Shown: positions 29,981 to 40,052, numbered from the stretch's first letter. The stretch is DNA of 64,000 nucleotides from Candidatus Omnitrophota bacterium (GCA_037146775.1 JBAWWL010000008.1:6160-70159); one strand, 5' to 3'. Made by a program: numbers and translations. Notes: generated by a model not told the origin, from the sequence alone.

Positions 29981-30185
29981 TTCTATGCTCGCTCGTAAAA
30001 AATTAATTGAGGGGGAATTCTGGGGACACAATACTTAATTATTTGAAAATAATCCTCACCTTTGACGGGATAGAAATAATGGGGTCAGCCTTGAGTATTG
30101 GAAACTTATTGTAATTCCGGCACACACTGCCTGGTGCAAAAATTATACACATTTTTAACCACCACTTACACGAAGAATTACCTCG

Positions 30186-30340
30186 CGAATAGCCAAATTT
30201 TCTTATTAATCTCCATATTGACCATATAACTGTTACCTATATAAATAAGAGAGGATACCTTAGGGCCAATGGCTAAGCCCTGTTTTTTAACCCTTCGTAA
30301 CTATATTTGTTGCAAAGGGTTTTTTATTTAGACTAAAATT
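30186..30340 (+). repeat. Structured repeat element copy C (3' part only, diverged) with terminator-like hairpin
   Basis: About 85% match to the 3' half of the core (ttttcttattaatctccatattgaccatataactgttacctatataaataagagaggatacctta...). Then AACCCTT...AAGGGTT followed by TTTTTATTT. Confidence 0.55.
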
Positions 30341-30444
30341 AAATTTCTTACGCTCTTAAAGAGCGAGTGGTATAATTTTTATATGTATAGGGTAGATAAG
30401 GCAATGATGAGTGTGTATATGAATTGTGAGATGAAGGTGTAGAA

Positions 30445-30903
30445 GTGGATAGAAAGAAAATTATTTTTTCTTTTCTATATTTTTTTGTTTTCTGTATTTT
30501 AGCCTCCGCTCAGGACAGCGAAGACCTCAAATACAAAATAACCCCGACTATAAATAAAGAGTCTCCCTCCGGTGTTTATATCCCGAAAGATTTAGAAGAG
30601 TGTTTCAAAGAATTGAAAACTATGCTTCAGCCATCTTTAGTGGCAGAAATGAAAGCGAAGCCGGAAAAAGAGATGATTGGGTATCATCATGGACTAGGTA
30701 TGTGGATAAGAAATAACTGGGGGTTGTGGTCGGATTCCAGATTAAAAAAATATTTCAATAACTTAGGTATCCGGCATCCTGACGATATGTCTAGCATTAT
30801 TCTTAATTCTTTTTGGCGACATCTTCACAATCAACTTCTTGAGCTGGATAGGCAGATAAAATATTATCAAGAATATTGGGAAAACGTAAAGAAACAAAAA
30901 TAA
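30445..30903 (+). CDS. Secreted hypothetical protein
   Basis: GTG start. Signal peptide. 152 aa. No recognisable motif. Confidence 0.45.
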   Translation: MDRKKIIFSFLYFFVFCILASAQDSEDLKYKITPTINKESPSGVYIPKDLEECFKELKTMLQPSLVAEMKAKPEKEMIGYHHGLGMWIRNNWGLWSDSRLKKYFNNLGIRHPDDMSSIILNSFWRHLHNQLLELDRQIKYYQEYWENVKKQK

Positions 30904-30908
30904 AAATT

Positions 30909-31301
30909 ATGCGGCGCGCAGCGATTACGTTTATGGTTTTCAGCGTATTGATTTTTATTTCTTGCTCTCGCATGAAAAAAAATGATACGTATGGTTGTGA
31001 AGATATGGCAAAGGAAATCAAAGGTTTTATGGAAAATTGTCAGTCTTGCAGGGCCGATGACGAATGCTTTGTGGACAAGGAATTGAGCGGTTACTGTCCT
31101 TTTGGGTGTTGGTATATACGTAGCCACAGCTATGATAACAGCGAAAAAATTAAGTCAATACAAAGGAAGATGGAAGCATATATTGACAATTGCGGTCAAT
31201 GTAAATATGATTGTGCTATGTACCCAGCGCAAAATGAAATAGGTTGTAAAAAAGGAAAGTGCGTTGATTTGAGATATTTTTCAGAAAAAAATAAACTGTA
31301 A
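30909..31301 (+). CDS. Cysteine-rich lipoprotein, hypothetical
   Basis: Lipobox LIFISC. 12 Cys in CxxC/CxC pairs (CQSCRADDEC, CPFGC, CGQCKYDC, CKKGKC). Confidence 0.5.
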   Translation: MRRAAITFMVFSVLIFISCSRMKKNDTYGCEDMAKEIKGFMENCQSCRADDECFVDKELSGYCPFGCWYIRSHSYDNSEKIKSIQRKMEAYIDNCGQCKYDCAMYPAQNEIGCKKGKCVDLRYFSEKNKL

Positions 31302-31394
31302 GTGCTTAGCTTTGCCTGTCGATAAGCCGCCGATCTTATCGGGATGCCGGCGTTTGGGGTTGGATAGTCCGTGTTGTTATATGTAGAATAAAGG

Positions 31395-32444
31395 ATGCTT
31401 TTGGATATGAAGAAAAAAATGCTCGGATCAGCGATTGTGTTTATGGCGATTCTTTTTATTTCGCCTTTTGTGTTTGCTGACGCCATAAAACTTAAAAACG
31501 GCAAATTGGTTGAAGGTACGATTGTAGAAAAAAATGGCCAGTCTGTTAAGGTTGATCTTTCGGGAATCCTTTTAACGTATTATTTAGATGAGATTGAGAG
31601 CGTAAATGGCGAAAAAGTTAAGAAAGCCGAGATTAAGAACGAATCAGGTAAAGTAATAAGTAAAAGCGAAGTGCAGAAGAGTATTCCCGGTACGGATCAA
31701 TGGAACAGATTTCTAAAATTTACGGAACAGTTTTATTATTTAGATAAGCAAAATTTTAATAATATTTCCTGTGATATAAGCACTGCGTTTATTAATAATT
31801 TGTTGTCTACCGTTGAAACTCAACTGAAAAGTTTTGAAAATAACTTAACGGTTGAAAATAGCATAGATACATTCCGGTTAAAGTTTAATAAGGAAAAAGG
31901 GCTTACTTTTAATCTTCCAAAGTTTGATATCGAGATCATTTCCGAACAAGGGATGACCGATCCCGTCAGGGTGAAAAGCGGAATAAGCACGATGAAGAAT
32001 GGATTTGATAACGCGGTTAAGGGGGCTACCGATATGATTCGGGGAATATTTGAGAGCTATATATCACCCAAAAGAAACGAATATGAAATCATTGAAATTT
32101 CTGAAAGCGAAAAAGGTACAAAATTAATATACAAACATAAAGGATATACCGTAACGGATTTATATAGCGGAACTCATTGTGAATCCACGCAGACCAATGG
32201 TATGGTGACGATTCATGCAACCGAGGAATATAAAAAAGTCGACGGGAAGCTGTTGCTGGACAAGGGATCTGTGACTATGGATCAAGGGGTACAAAGTATG
32301 AGTTCCGACATAACGGTGGAATATCAACAAATAGGCTCAATATATTTTCCGTCAAAAATAAAAAACGATACTAAGATTTCCATGGGAGATATAAAAAGCG
32401 AAATACCCATTGAGGTAATTTTTAAAAATACAAAAGTTGATTAA
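31395..32444 (+). CDS. Secreted hypothetical protein with N-terminal 'LKNGK-GTI' domain
   Basis: Signal peptide, then FADAIKLKNGKLVEGTIVEK...SGILLTYYLDEIE, which is paralogous to the N-terminus of the ORF at 57217. An alternative start is at 31407. Confidence 0.55.
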   Translation: MLLDMKKKMLGSAIVFMAILFISPFVFADAIKLKNGKLVEGTIVEKNGQSVKVDLSGILLTYYLDEIESVNGEKVKKAEIKNESGKVISKSEVQKSIPGTDQWNRFLKFTEQFYYLDKQNFNNISCDISTAFINNLLSTVETQLKSFENNLTVENSIDTFRLKFNKEKGLTFNLPKFDIEIISEQGMTDPVRVKSGISTMKNGFDNAVKGATDMIRGIFESYISPKRNEYEIIEISESEKGTKLIYKHKGYTVTDLYSGTHCESTQTNGMVTIHATEEYKKVDGKLLLDKGSVTMDQGVQSMSSDITVEYQQIGSIYFPSKIKNDTKISMGDIKSEIPIEVIFKNTKVD

Positions 32445-32553
32445 CGAATTATTCAAACGAGATAATTTCTTTTCTATCCGCCGATAGCCGGACAATTGAC
32501 TCATCGTTTTGGCCCGCATTAATTTCTCTTTGCTAAACCTCCTACCATTTTAA

Positions 32554-33555
32554 ATGGCGAGTGGTATAATTAAAAAAATGAATAGTACGGTGAAGGGGAA
32601 ATTTTTTCTGGTTATTATTCTGATTGTAGCTTTGCTGCTGCCAAGAATAGCCGATTGTCAGATAAAGAAATACCGTGGCAAAAAGATACTTTATGTAAAT
32701 TCGTATCATAAGGGTTATTATTGGAGCGATGGTGAACAGCAAGGTGCCCAGAACGTTTTGGCTCCGAGTGGCGTAGAATTGAGAATAGCATACATGGATG
32801 CCAAAAATAATCCTTCCGAAGAATTCAATAAACAAGCAGGCCTAAAAGTAAAAAAGTTAATAGAGGAGTTTGAACCCGACGTTTTAATTGTCGCCGACGA
32901 TAATGCGTTTAAATATATAGTTATGCCTTATTATCGCGATGCGGATTTGCCGGTTGTATTTTGCGGCATTAATTGGGATATATCAATTTACGGCGCTCCG
33001 TACAAAAATACGACAGGCATGCTGGAGGTTGGACTTATTGAACAGGTTTATGAGCATTTGAGAAAGTTTGCTAAAGGTAACAGGATAGGTTTTCTCAGTC
33101 CTGATGTGTTAAGCGAGCGCAGGAATGGTGAATATTTTGCTCAACATATCCCGGGAGGTTTTACCTATAAAGAATATGTACCAGATTTTGAAACATGGAA
33201 AAGGAAATATCTGGAAATCCAGGACAAGGTCGATATGCTTATTTTTTCTACTCCCATTGGGGTTAAAGATTGGGATTGGGATAAGGCCGAGCAGTTTGTT
33301 TTAGAAAACATTAAAGTGCCGATAGAAGGCGATATCGGCATAGCCTTGTTTGAGATAGCGAAGATTCCCGAAGAACAAGGAGAATATGTCGCTCGAACGG
33401 CTTTGAAGATACTCGATGGTGAAAAACCGGCCAATATTCCTATTGTTAAAAACAAGAAAGGGAGCCTATGTTTAAATTTGAAAGTTGCCGAAAAATTGGG
33501 TGTTATTTTTTCTCCGGGACTCCTGAGGAGCGCGGCAAAGATTGTTCGTAAGTAA
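32554..33555 (+). CDS. Periplasmic solute-binding-like protein (ABC substrate-binding family-like), hypothetical
   Basis: Signal/TM anchor. Alpha/beta pattern resembling the type-I periplasmic-binding fold. Weak assignment. Confidence 0.3.
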   Translation: MASGIIKKMNSTVKGKFFLVIILIVALLLPRIADCQIKKYRGKKILYVNSYHKGYYWSDGEQQGAQNVLAPSGVELRIAYMDAKNNPSEEFNKQAGLKVKKLIEEFEPDVLIVADDNAFKYIVMPYYRDADLPVVFCGINWDISIYGAPYKNTTGMLEVGLIEQVYEHLRKFAKGNRIGFLSPDVLSERRNGEYFAQHIPGGFTYKEYVPDFETWKRKYLEIQDKVDMLIFSTPIGVKDWDWDKAEQFVLENIKVPIEGDIGIALFEIAKIPEEQGEYVARTALKILDGEKPANIPIVKNKKGSLCLNLKVAEKLGVIFSPGLLRSAAKIVRK

Positions 33556-33625
33556 AAATAATTATTTTAAATTTTGATTGGTAAAACTTGTGTTGGTATC
33601 TGTTAACTAATAATAGGGGGTGACT

Positions 33626-34492
33626 ATGGATAATTTAAATAAACTGCAAAAGCTGACCTTGGGGTTCATTATCGCCTTGGTGTGGTTTTTGATAATGTGT
33701 TTTGTGGTGATATTCGTTGGGAATATCTTTAAATGGTCTTTCTTGTCGGAAACCTTTAGCGTAGGTTTCTTTTCCGCTTTCGGCGTAGGCTTGGGGGCGC
33801 TTATTGCATTGGCGATTCTAAACATAACGCTTACTTTTAATTCGATTTCTCATTCTTTATTCAGAATGGCCGCAAACAGCGGTTCGGTAATGAGTGTTCA
33901 AGACAAACAAAAGTCTGCGAAGCTCTTTAAGGCGAGTATATTCTTGGCTATCGCAAGCATTTTGGGTATCGTGCTTTTTTTATGGTGCGGAGAAGTGAGC
34001 GTTAATCGTCACAAAATTAAAGTTTCTTTAAACAGCCTGGAGGCAGTTGCCAAATCGCCCCTTGCGGATAAATTAGTCGATCTTATCAATAAAGACGCTA
34101 CAGTCAAAGAAGTTTTAGACGTTCGAGATGCCATGCGGCGTAATTTGGAAGAAAAAGGAGGGTTGTCACTTTTGGTTCCGATCAATAAAATTGATTCGGG
34201 AACATTTTATGAGGTAACTCCCTGGTGGTATCAAGGCGAAGAAAAGGAAAGCAAACCAATCTCTCAGGCAAATTTACGTGTTTTCGTGCCTTACACGGAA
34301 GAATCGATAAAATTTAACGAACTCATTAAAAATAAAAAACCTTTCTATTCTATTAACCGGTATCAATTAAGAGTTTTTTATCCCATTGTGGTTAGCAACA
34401 AAGTTGTGTGTATAGTAATGTTAGATACCAGTCGTCAAGCCAGCGACCAATATCTATGGAAACGTTCTTCCTCCCAGGCTATAATAGAGTAA
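33626..34492 (+). CDS. Membrane protein, hypothetical (3-4 TM plus soluble C-domain)
   Basis: Hydrophobic helices in the N-terminal half. No recognisable motif. Confidence 0.45.
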   Translation: MDNLNKLQKLTLGFIIALVWFLIMCFVVIFVGNIFKWSFLSETFSVGFFSAFGVGLGALIALAILNITLTFNSISHSLFRMAANSGSVMSVQDKQKSAKLFKASIFLAIASILGIVLFLWCGEVSVNRHKIKVSLNSLEAVAKSPLADKLVDLINKDATVKEVLDVRDAMRRNLEEKGGLSLLVPINKIDSGTFYEVTPWWYQGEEKESKPISQANLRVFVPYTEESIKFNELIKNKKPFYSINRYQLRVFYPIVVSNKVVCIVMLDTSRQASDQYLWKRSSSQAIIE

Positions 34493-34601
34493 TAGTTTAT
34501 CGTGCAGGCATTTTTTTGATTTGTACACAATGATTTAAGCCAAGGTAGATAGCGGATTGTAAAAAGCATATAAGGCAAAATTTTTCAAGAAAGGAGTTGC
34601 T

Positions 34602-35252
34602 ATGAAAGTGAAGTCTGTGTTTATTATTGTTTGTTTGGCAATGAGTTTGTTCATTTGTGCGCAATGTATCTATGCCCAAGATCCTAAAACCATTAAGCTA
34701 CCGGCTCCGCAGATGCAAGGCGGCAAACCTCTTATGGAGGCTTTGGCACAGAGGAAAAGCGTTCGTGAATTTAGCTCTAAGGAGTTATCTTTGCAGGAGC
34801 TTTCGAATCTTTTGTGGGCGGCCTATGGGATTAACAGGCCTGAAACAGGCGGGCGCACTGCGCCATCAGCAAGGAATATGCAGGAAATCGATGTGTATAT
34901 AATCAAGGCTGATGGTTTATATCTTTATGATGCAAAAGAAAATGCACTGGTGTTAATTATCGCAGAGGATCTACGTGCTTTAACCGGCAAACAAGATTTT
35001 GTTGCCAAGGCTGCGGTCAATCTTATTTTTGTGGCAGATTTTTCCAAAATGAAGGGCCAGGCCAGCGATATGGAATTTTATTCGGCAGTCGACACCGGTT
35101 ATGTCAGCGAAAATGTGTATCTTTATTGTGCTTCCGGTGGTCTCGTAACAGTTGTGCGGGGCTTAGTGGATAGGCCGTCGTTAGCGAAGGCAATGAAGTT
35201 GCGGCCTGAACAAAAAATAATTCTCGCGCAAACCGTGGGCTATCCTAATTGA
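34602..35252 (+). CDS. Secreted SagB/ThcOx-type nitroreductase-family protein
   Basis: Signal peptide. R-K-S-x-R-E-F, LSNLLWAAYGINR and TAPSARN motifs of the SagB-type dehydrogenase/nitroreductase fold. Confidence 0.65.
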   Translation: MKVKSVFIIVCLAMSLFICAQCIYAQDPKTIKLPAPQMQGGKPLMEALAQRKSVREFSSKELSLQELSNLLWAAYGINRPETGGRTAPSARNMQEIDVYIIKADGLYLYDAKENALVLIIAEDLRALTGKQDFVAKAAVNLIFVADFSKMKGQASDMEFYSAVDTGYVSENVYLYCASGGLVTVVRGLVDRPSLAKAMKLRPEQKIILAQTVGYPN

Positions 35253-35638
35253 GTTCACAATATAACTATAATATTTTCATAATTCTAAAGTTTTTATAAA
35301 AAAAGGAGGGGGCATGAGGAAAAACAGGCGGTTATTTTGTTGATACTCTCTGTCCTTCCTTTAAGCTTGTGGTGTATGCATATGATTGGGAGATTAATAC
35401 TAAAACAAGAGAAAAAATAGAATTAGGCGAATAGCAGAGCAGGTTTTAAAGCTAATTGTATTTCAAAGATAAGCATGCGTCCCCGGAGTTGCTGCCAACT
35501 TTACGAGGATGGCGCCGTGAACCGTTCGTTGGTATGAATAAGGTCGGTTGTGTCGGTTTTGGATGGCATTAGAGTTTTTGATTAAGAAAAGTAAATTGTG
35601 TTATTTTAACAACCTGAACCCTGAAAGGGAGAAAGCTG

Positions 35639-36616
35639 ATGATAAAAAAATTACGAAAGAAATTTTTACGTTCTTTTCGTAAGCTATTGGGTACGGAGCA
35701 GATTTCACAGCAGCAATATCGACAGGAACAGCTGCAGCACCAACAGGAAGAATTGCGGCAACAATTACAGCTATTACAACTGCAACTGTTGCTTTCGCTG
35801 GGAAATAGCCTGAAGTATTCTTCGGTAGACCAAAAAAAGATCAAAGAATCAATTACATACAAACGTTGTGCCGAACTGGTTTCTCTGTTTGCGCCTATGA
35901 ACATAGAGGGCGCAAAGTATGTTCGTGTCGGAGGAAACCATGACGGGGGATATGTGATGCTGGATGGCTTTCGGGACGGGTTGGTCGAGGCAGCTTACAG
36001 CTTTGGTATCGGTGATAACGTTTCCTGGGATGAAGCCATTGCTTGTCGCGGTATTAATGTTTTTATGTACGATCATACGATTCAACGATTACCGAAAAAT
36101 CACCCAAATTTTCATTATTTTAAAACAGGAATTACCGGATACGAGAAGGGGGTTGGTTTAAAAACATTAAGTGAGCTTGTCGCGAACAATAATCACACCG
36201 CATGTAAAAACTTGATACTAAAAATGGATATCGAAGGGTATGAATGGGATGTGTTCAGAGAAATCCCCTCAAGCGTGATTAGCCAGTTTTCCCAGTTTGT
36301 TGTAGAGTTCCATGATTTGAGGTCGGCTATTTATGGTTCTGGGTATGATATGGTAGCAGAGGTGCTTAAAAAGATCAACCAAACGCATCAGAGTGTTCAT
36401 GTTCACGCAAACAGTTTTAGCGCGCCTCTGTGGATCGGCGAGTTTGTTCTTCCTACGGTTATCGAGGTAACTTTTGTGCGGCGTGCCGACTTTAAAGATA
36501 AGTTTATTGCGAACACGCGGCAATTCCCTACAGAGATCGACCAATCGTCTTGCGCGGATTTGTTTGATATATATCTGAACGGTTTTTATGATTGCAGCAG
36601 AACAGCCGAGAAATAA
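35639..36616 (+). CDS. FkbM-family methyltransferase with N-terminal Q-rich coiled coil
   Basis: Core KMDIEGYEWDV matches the Methyltransf_21 (FkbM) family. Residues 20-55 are Gln/Leu repeats. Confidence 0.65.
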   Translation: MIKKLRKKFLRSFRKLLGTEQISQQQYRQEQLQHQQEELRQQLQLLQLQLLLSLGNSLKYSSVDQKKIKESITYKRCAELVSLFAPMNIEGAKYVRVGGNHDGGYVMLDGFRDGLVEAAYSFGIGDNVSWDEAIACRGINVFMYDHTIQRLPKNHPNFHYFKTGITGYEKGVGLKTLSELVANNNHTACKNLILKMDIEGYEWDVFREIPSSVISQFSQFVVEFHDLRSAIYGSGYDMVAEVLKKINQTHQSVHVHANSFSAPLWIGEFVLPTVIEVTFVRRADFKDKFIANTRQFPTEIDQSSCADLFDIYLNGFYDCSRTAEK

Positions 36617-36722
36617 ATGCCATCCTTGGCGTTTTTAGCGATGAGCGGCCCCGTAAGGCTATGGGCGAAGTAATAATACTCGCAAACTAAATCCTGGCAG
36701 GTGTGTAGTTACCGGTAATCAT

Positions 36723-37742
36723 ATGCTAAAGCGTGCAGGAATAAAAATAATTTTTTTTAGTATACTTATGATGTTTTCTTCGGGATCTGCTATGTGCGAA
36801 GAAAATATCCATACGTACATAATGAGCGGCAATGTGAGCAAGGTAAAAATGCTTTTAGATGAAAATCCACAACTTGTGCATCAGGTGGATGCCGGTTTTA
36901 CTCCTCTTATCCGAGCGGTAGCGCGCGGCCAGAAAGCAATAGTTGAACTGCTTATTGATAGGGGAGCAAAGATTAATGAACAGGTTGGAGAATCCGAAGC
37001 ATACTTTGTAGAATCTTCGCCATTACAGGCGGCAGTGTTTTACGGTTATAAAGATATCGCGGAGCTTTTGATAAGTAAAGGCGCGGATGTCAGTTTTAGA
37101 GATACCATAGGTAAAACTCCTGTATATGCGGCACTGAACGGGATTGGAGATAAAAGAGAAATACTTGCGTTGCTTATTTCGAAAGGGGCAAGCGTAAATG
37201 GTAAAATCCAGTCGGAAGGTACATGCCCAAAGGGTGCGCTGTGTGATGGTCTGCGCCACGGAGGTTGGACGCCGCTGCATCTTGCGGTATCTCGGAACGA
37301 CAAGGAAAGCGTTGCGTTACTTATTTCCGCCGGCGCTCATATTAATGAAAAAGACGAAGCAGGTGATACCCCGCTCTATCTATCTCGCAGCTGGCCGGAA
37401 GGAAAAGAAGTGACCGAGCTTCTGATAGAGAAGGGGGCTGGCGTTGACGTAAAGAATAATTCCGGCGAAACGCCCTTACTTTTTGCGTTAATACAAAATG
37501 ATTATTCCAAGGCGCGTTTTTTTATTGAAAAAGGTGCAGATGTTAATATAAAAACCCAGGGTGATCTCAGCCCACTTGCAATAGTTTTTTCTGCCGGTTA
37601 TGATTTAGCATCAGCAAGCTACAAACGAAGCCCTCAGAATATAGCGATGATCAAATTACTTATTGCCAAAGGTGCCGATACTAATATTTCTAATGATGGC
37701 GATCCTGCCTGGGAACGTCTCATCGGCAAACATAGCCGATGA
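36723..37742 (+). CDS. Ankyrin-repeat protein with signal peptide
   Basis: N-terminal signal peptide. At least 7 ankyrin repeats (TPL..A...G......LL..GA..N). Confidence 0.7.
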   Translation: MLKRAGIKIIFFSILMMFSSGSAMCEENIHTYIMSGNVSKVKMLLDENPQLVHQVDAGFTPLIRAVARGQKAIVELLIDRGAKINEQVGESEAYFVESSPLQAAVFYGYKDIAELLISKGADVSFRDTIGKTPVYAALNGIGDKREILALLISKGASVNGKIQSEGTCPKGALCDGLRHGGWTPLHLAVSRNDKESVALLISAGAHINEKDEAGDTPLYLSRSWPEGKEVTELLIEKGAGVDVKNNSGETPLLFALIQNDYSKARFFIEKGADVNIKTQGDLSPLAIVFSAGYDLASASYKRSPQNIAMIKLLIAKGADTNISNDGDPAWERLIGKHSR

Positions 37743-37837
37743 TGTATAACCGGGGAAATATCGTTTTCGATCGAAACAGATGTGCGGATGGCAACGTATA
37801 AAATATGTTTTTAAATAATAATAAAAAAAGGATGTAA

Positions 37838-38470
37838 ATGGGATTGGTATCGCTTCTTTTTAGTAACCCGATATTGTTTCTTATATTAGCCGTGGTACTT
37901 ATTTATTCCGTTATCATTCATGAAGTCGCGCATGGGTGGGTGGCTCATCTTTTTGGCGACGAAACAGCTAAATATTCCGGCAGATTAACGCTTAACCCCA
38001 TATCGCATATTGACCCAGTAGGTACGCTGATGCTTTTTATCGTAGGTTTTGGCTGGGCAAAGCCGGTGCCGATAAGTTATCAGCATTTTAAAAACAGGCG
38101 TTTAGGGTTTTTTAGTGTCGCTTTGGCAGGATGCGCAGCCAATATAATTATCGCAATCATCGCATTGTTTTTATTACAATTTAAGATTATGAGCACAAAT
38201 CCGCTTTTTTCAATTATGCTGCCGATTATCATAAAAATAAATATTATCCTTGGCGCTTTTAATTTGATTCCGATTCCGCCTCTCGATGGCTCAAAGATCC
38301 TTATGAGTTTCCTGCCGCATCGTGCGCAAGAGAGTCTATCAAAAATAGAGCCTTATGGATTCTTTATCTTAGCGCTATTATTATATACCGGATTACTGGA
38401 CCCGGTGATATCGTTCATGCAGAACATAATCTATATTTTAATCGCTGTGCTGTTCGGCTATTTCAGATGA
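37838..38470 (+). CDS. Site-2 protease family (M50) membrane metalloprotease
   Basis: HEVAHG (HExxH) inside a TM helix. Second-site LDG motif. 210 aa. Confidence 0.7.
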   Translation: MGLVSLLFSNPILFLILAVVLIYSVIIHEVAHGWVAHLFGDETAKYSGRLTLNPISHIDPVGTLMLFIVGFGWAKPVPISYQHFKNRRLGFFSVALAGCAANIIIAIIALFLLQFKIMSTNPLFSIMLPIIIKINIILGAFNLIPIPPLDGSKILMSFLPHRAQESLSKIEPYGFFILALLLYTGLLDPVISFMQNIIYILIAVLFGYFR

Positions 38471-38556
38471 TGCGTAATAAAGAATAGAGGGTTTTTGCCT
38501 TGGTACCAATTAGTTTTCCGGGAATGTGTTGATTCAAACAATATTCCCTGATAAAT

Positions 38557-38597
38557 AAAAAACGCCGAGGATTCGAAAACCCTCGGCGTTAAGGATT
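38557..38597 (-). terminator. Rho-independent terminator (minus strand)
   Basis: Minus-strand read: CGCCGAGGgttttcgaatCCTCGGCG followed by TTTTTTATTTAT. Downstream of the only minus-strand gene. Confidence 0.6.
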
Positions 38598-38667
38598 GAA
38601 AGGAGGAATTTTTTTTAAGTCTACCGGCCCATTGCCGGAAGGCCATTCCTCCGTTTAGGCTGTTTTT

Positions 38668-39048
38668 TTAAGAGCCAGCGATATTTGTCAGCAATACCCA
38701 CCCGGTCATACCTTCATATCCACCGGTCAGAATCTTTACTTTCGCGGTTTTTTCCCAAAAATTTGTTTCCAGCACTCTTGCCAGGGTGCAATTTTCTACT
38801 TCGAAACCGTCGCGAGAAAGCATTAATACCTGGTAACTTGGTTCTGCTTCCGCTATCCGGCAAGAAGTAAGATGGTTAAACATCTTTTTATTAATACCGA
38901 TGTAAACCGGTTGTTTTCCCTGGCGAGTTTTAAGGGTCACTACTTTACCGTTGAGATCAAGCTCGTCACAGAAGCTTTGTATAGGACATAAAAAAGATAC
39001 TACCAAGAGGAACACTCCCACTAAAGCTACGGATTTTCTTCTCATTTT
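38668..39048 (-). CDS. Secreted hypothetical protein (only minus-strand gene)
   Basis: Internal ATG at 39048 with a strong RBS AAGGAGGGGG. Signal peptide MRRKSVALVGVFLLVVSFL. The ORF track extends it to 39180. Confidence 0.5.
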   Translation of the reverse strand, partial: KMRRKSVALVGVFLLVVSFLCPIQSFCDELDLNGKVVTLKTRQGKQPVYIGINKKMFNHLTSCRIAEAEPSYQVLMLSRDGFEVENCTLARVLETNFWEKTAKVKILTGGYEGMTGWVLLTNIAGS

Positions 39049-39269
39049 ATTACCCCCTCCTTTAGAATAAAGCCTAATACAACACCTTAATAATAACATA
39101 TCTCCTTCGGCAAAAACCATAGAAAACAACCCTTTCGTGTAAGCGTTTTCAGCCGTGATCGGATACGCCATGATCTTCAAGAGTCCAAAATTCTAATAGT
39201 GATGTTATATTTGTTGCCTGTGAGCTTTTTTTCTTTGATTTTTCAATGAGTATGATATAATTTTACCCT

Positions 39270-40052
39270 ATGTTAGCTAAGCGTATTATCCCTTGCTTGG
39301 ATATTAATAAGGGCAGGGTAGTAAAAGGGGTAAATTTCGTTCAATTAAAAGACGCCGGTGATCCCATTAAAAATGCCCAGTTTTATGAACGGGAAGGCGC
39401 TGATGAGCTTGTATTTTTAGATATTACTGCCAGCTTTGAACAGCGCTCTACTACTGTTGATTTGGTACGTAAGGTCGCGCAGGTGGTATTCATGCCCTTT
39501 ACGGTAGGGGGCGGGATACGCAGTGTTGAGGACATTAGAGCGCTTTTGCGTGCCGGAGCGGATAAGGTTTCGCTTAATACCATAGCGGTAAATAACCCTC
39601 CTATTGTACGTAAAGCAAGCGGTATTTTTGGCAGTCAATGCATCGTAGTTGCTATTGATGCCAAGCGCATGCATAGCGCTAAGCGTAGGGGCAAAAGTGG
39701 AAGGCAATGGGAAGTGTATATTAATGGCGGGAGAACCCCTACTGGTTTGAATGCGTTAACGTGGGCTAAACGGGTAGAATCGTTAGGTGCGGGAGAAATA
39801 CTGCTTACAAGTATGGATTATGATGGCACGAAAGATGGATATGATATTGAGTTGACCAAAGAAATTACCGCACACGTGAGAATTCCGGTGATTGCTTCCG
39901 GAGGCGCCGGACGGATTTCTCATTTCTATGATGTATTTCATGACACAGGGGTGTCTGCGGCACTCGCCGCCTCTATCTTTCATTATCGGGAAATTCGAAT
40001 AAAGGAAATCAAAGAACAATTAAAAGCGAAAGGAGTTGAGGTGCGTACATGA
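39270..40052 (+). CDS. hisF: Imidazole glycerol phosphate synthase cyclase subunit
   Basis: RIIPCLDI...KGVNF N-terminus. (beta/alpha)8 HisF signature. 260 aa. Confidence 0.9.
   Translation: MLAKRIIPCLDINKGRVVKGVNFVQLKDAGDPIKNAQFYEREGADELVFLDITASFEQRSTTVDLVRKVAQVVFMPFTVGGGIRSVEDIRALLRAGADKVSLNTIAVNNPPIVRKASGIFGSQCIVVAIDAKRMHSAKRRGKSGRQWEVYINGGRTPTGLNALTWAKRVESLGAGEILLTSMDYDGTKDGYDIELTKEITAHVRIPVIASGGAGRISHFYDVFHDTGVSAALAASIFHYREIRIKEIKEQLKAKGVEVRT

Noticed and set aside
27313-30340. Interpretation of the repeated elements as integron attC sites (cassette array)
   Set aside because: No R''/R' core sites (RYYYAAC...GTTRRRY) at the ends. No integrase is visible. The elements precede the ORFs and carry promoter-like and terminator-like features instead of flanking them 3'.
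25215-39200. Prophage or integrative element
   Set aside because: No integrase, recombinase, transposase or phage structural gene was recognised. No duplicated tRNA 3' end was found.
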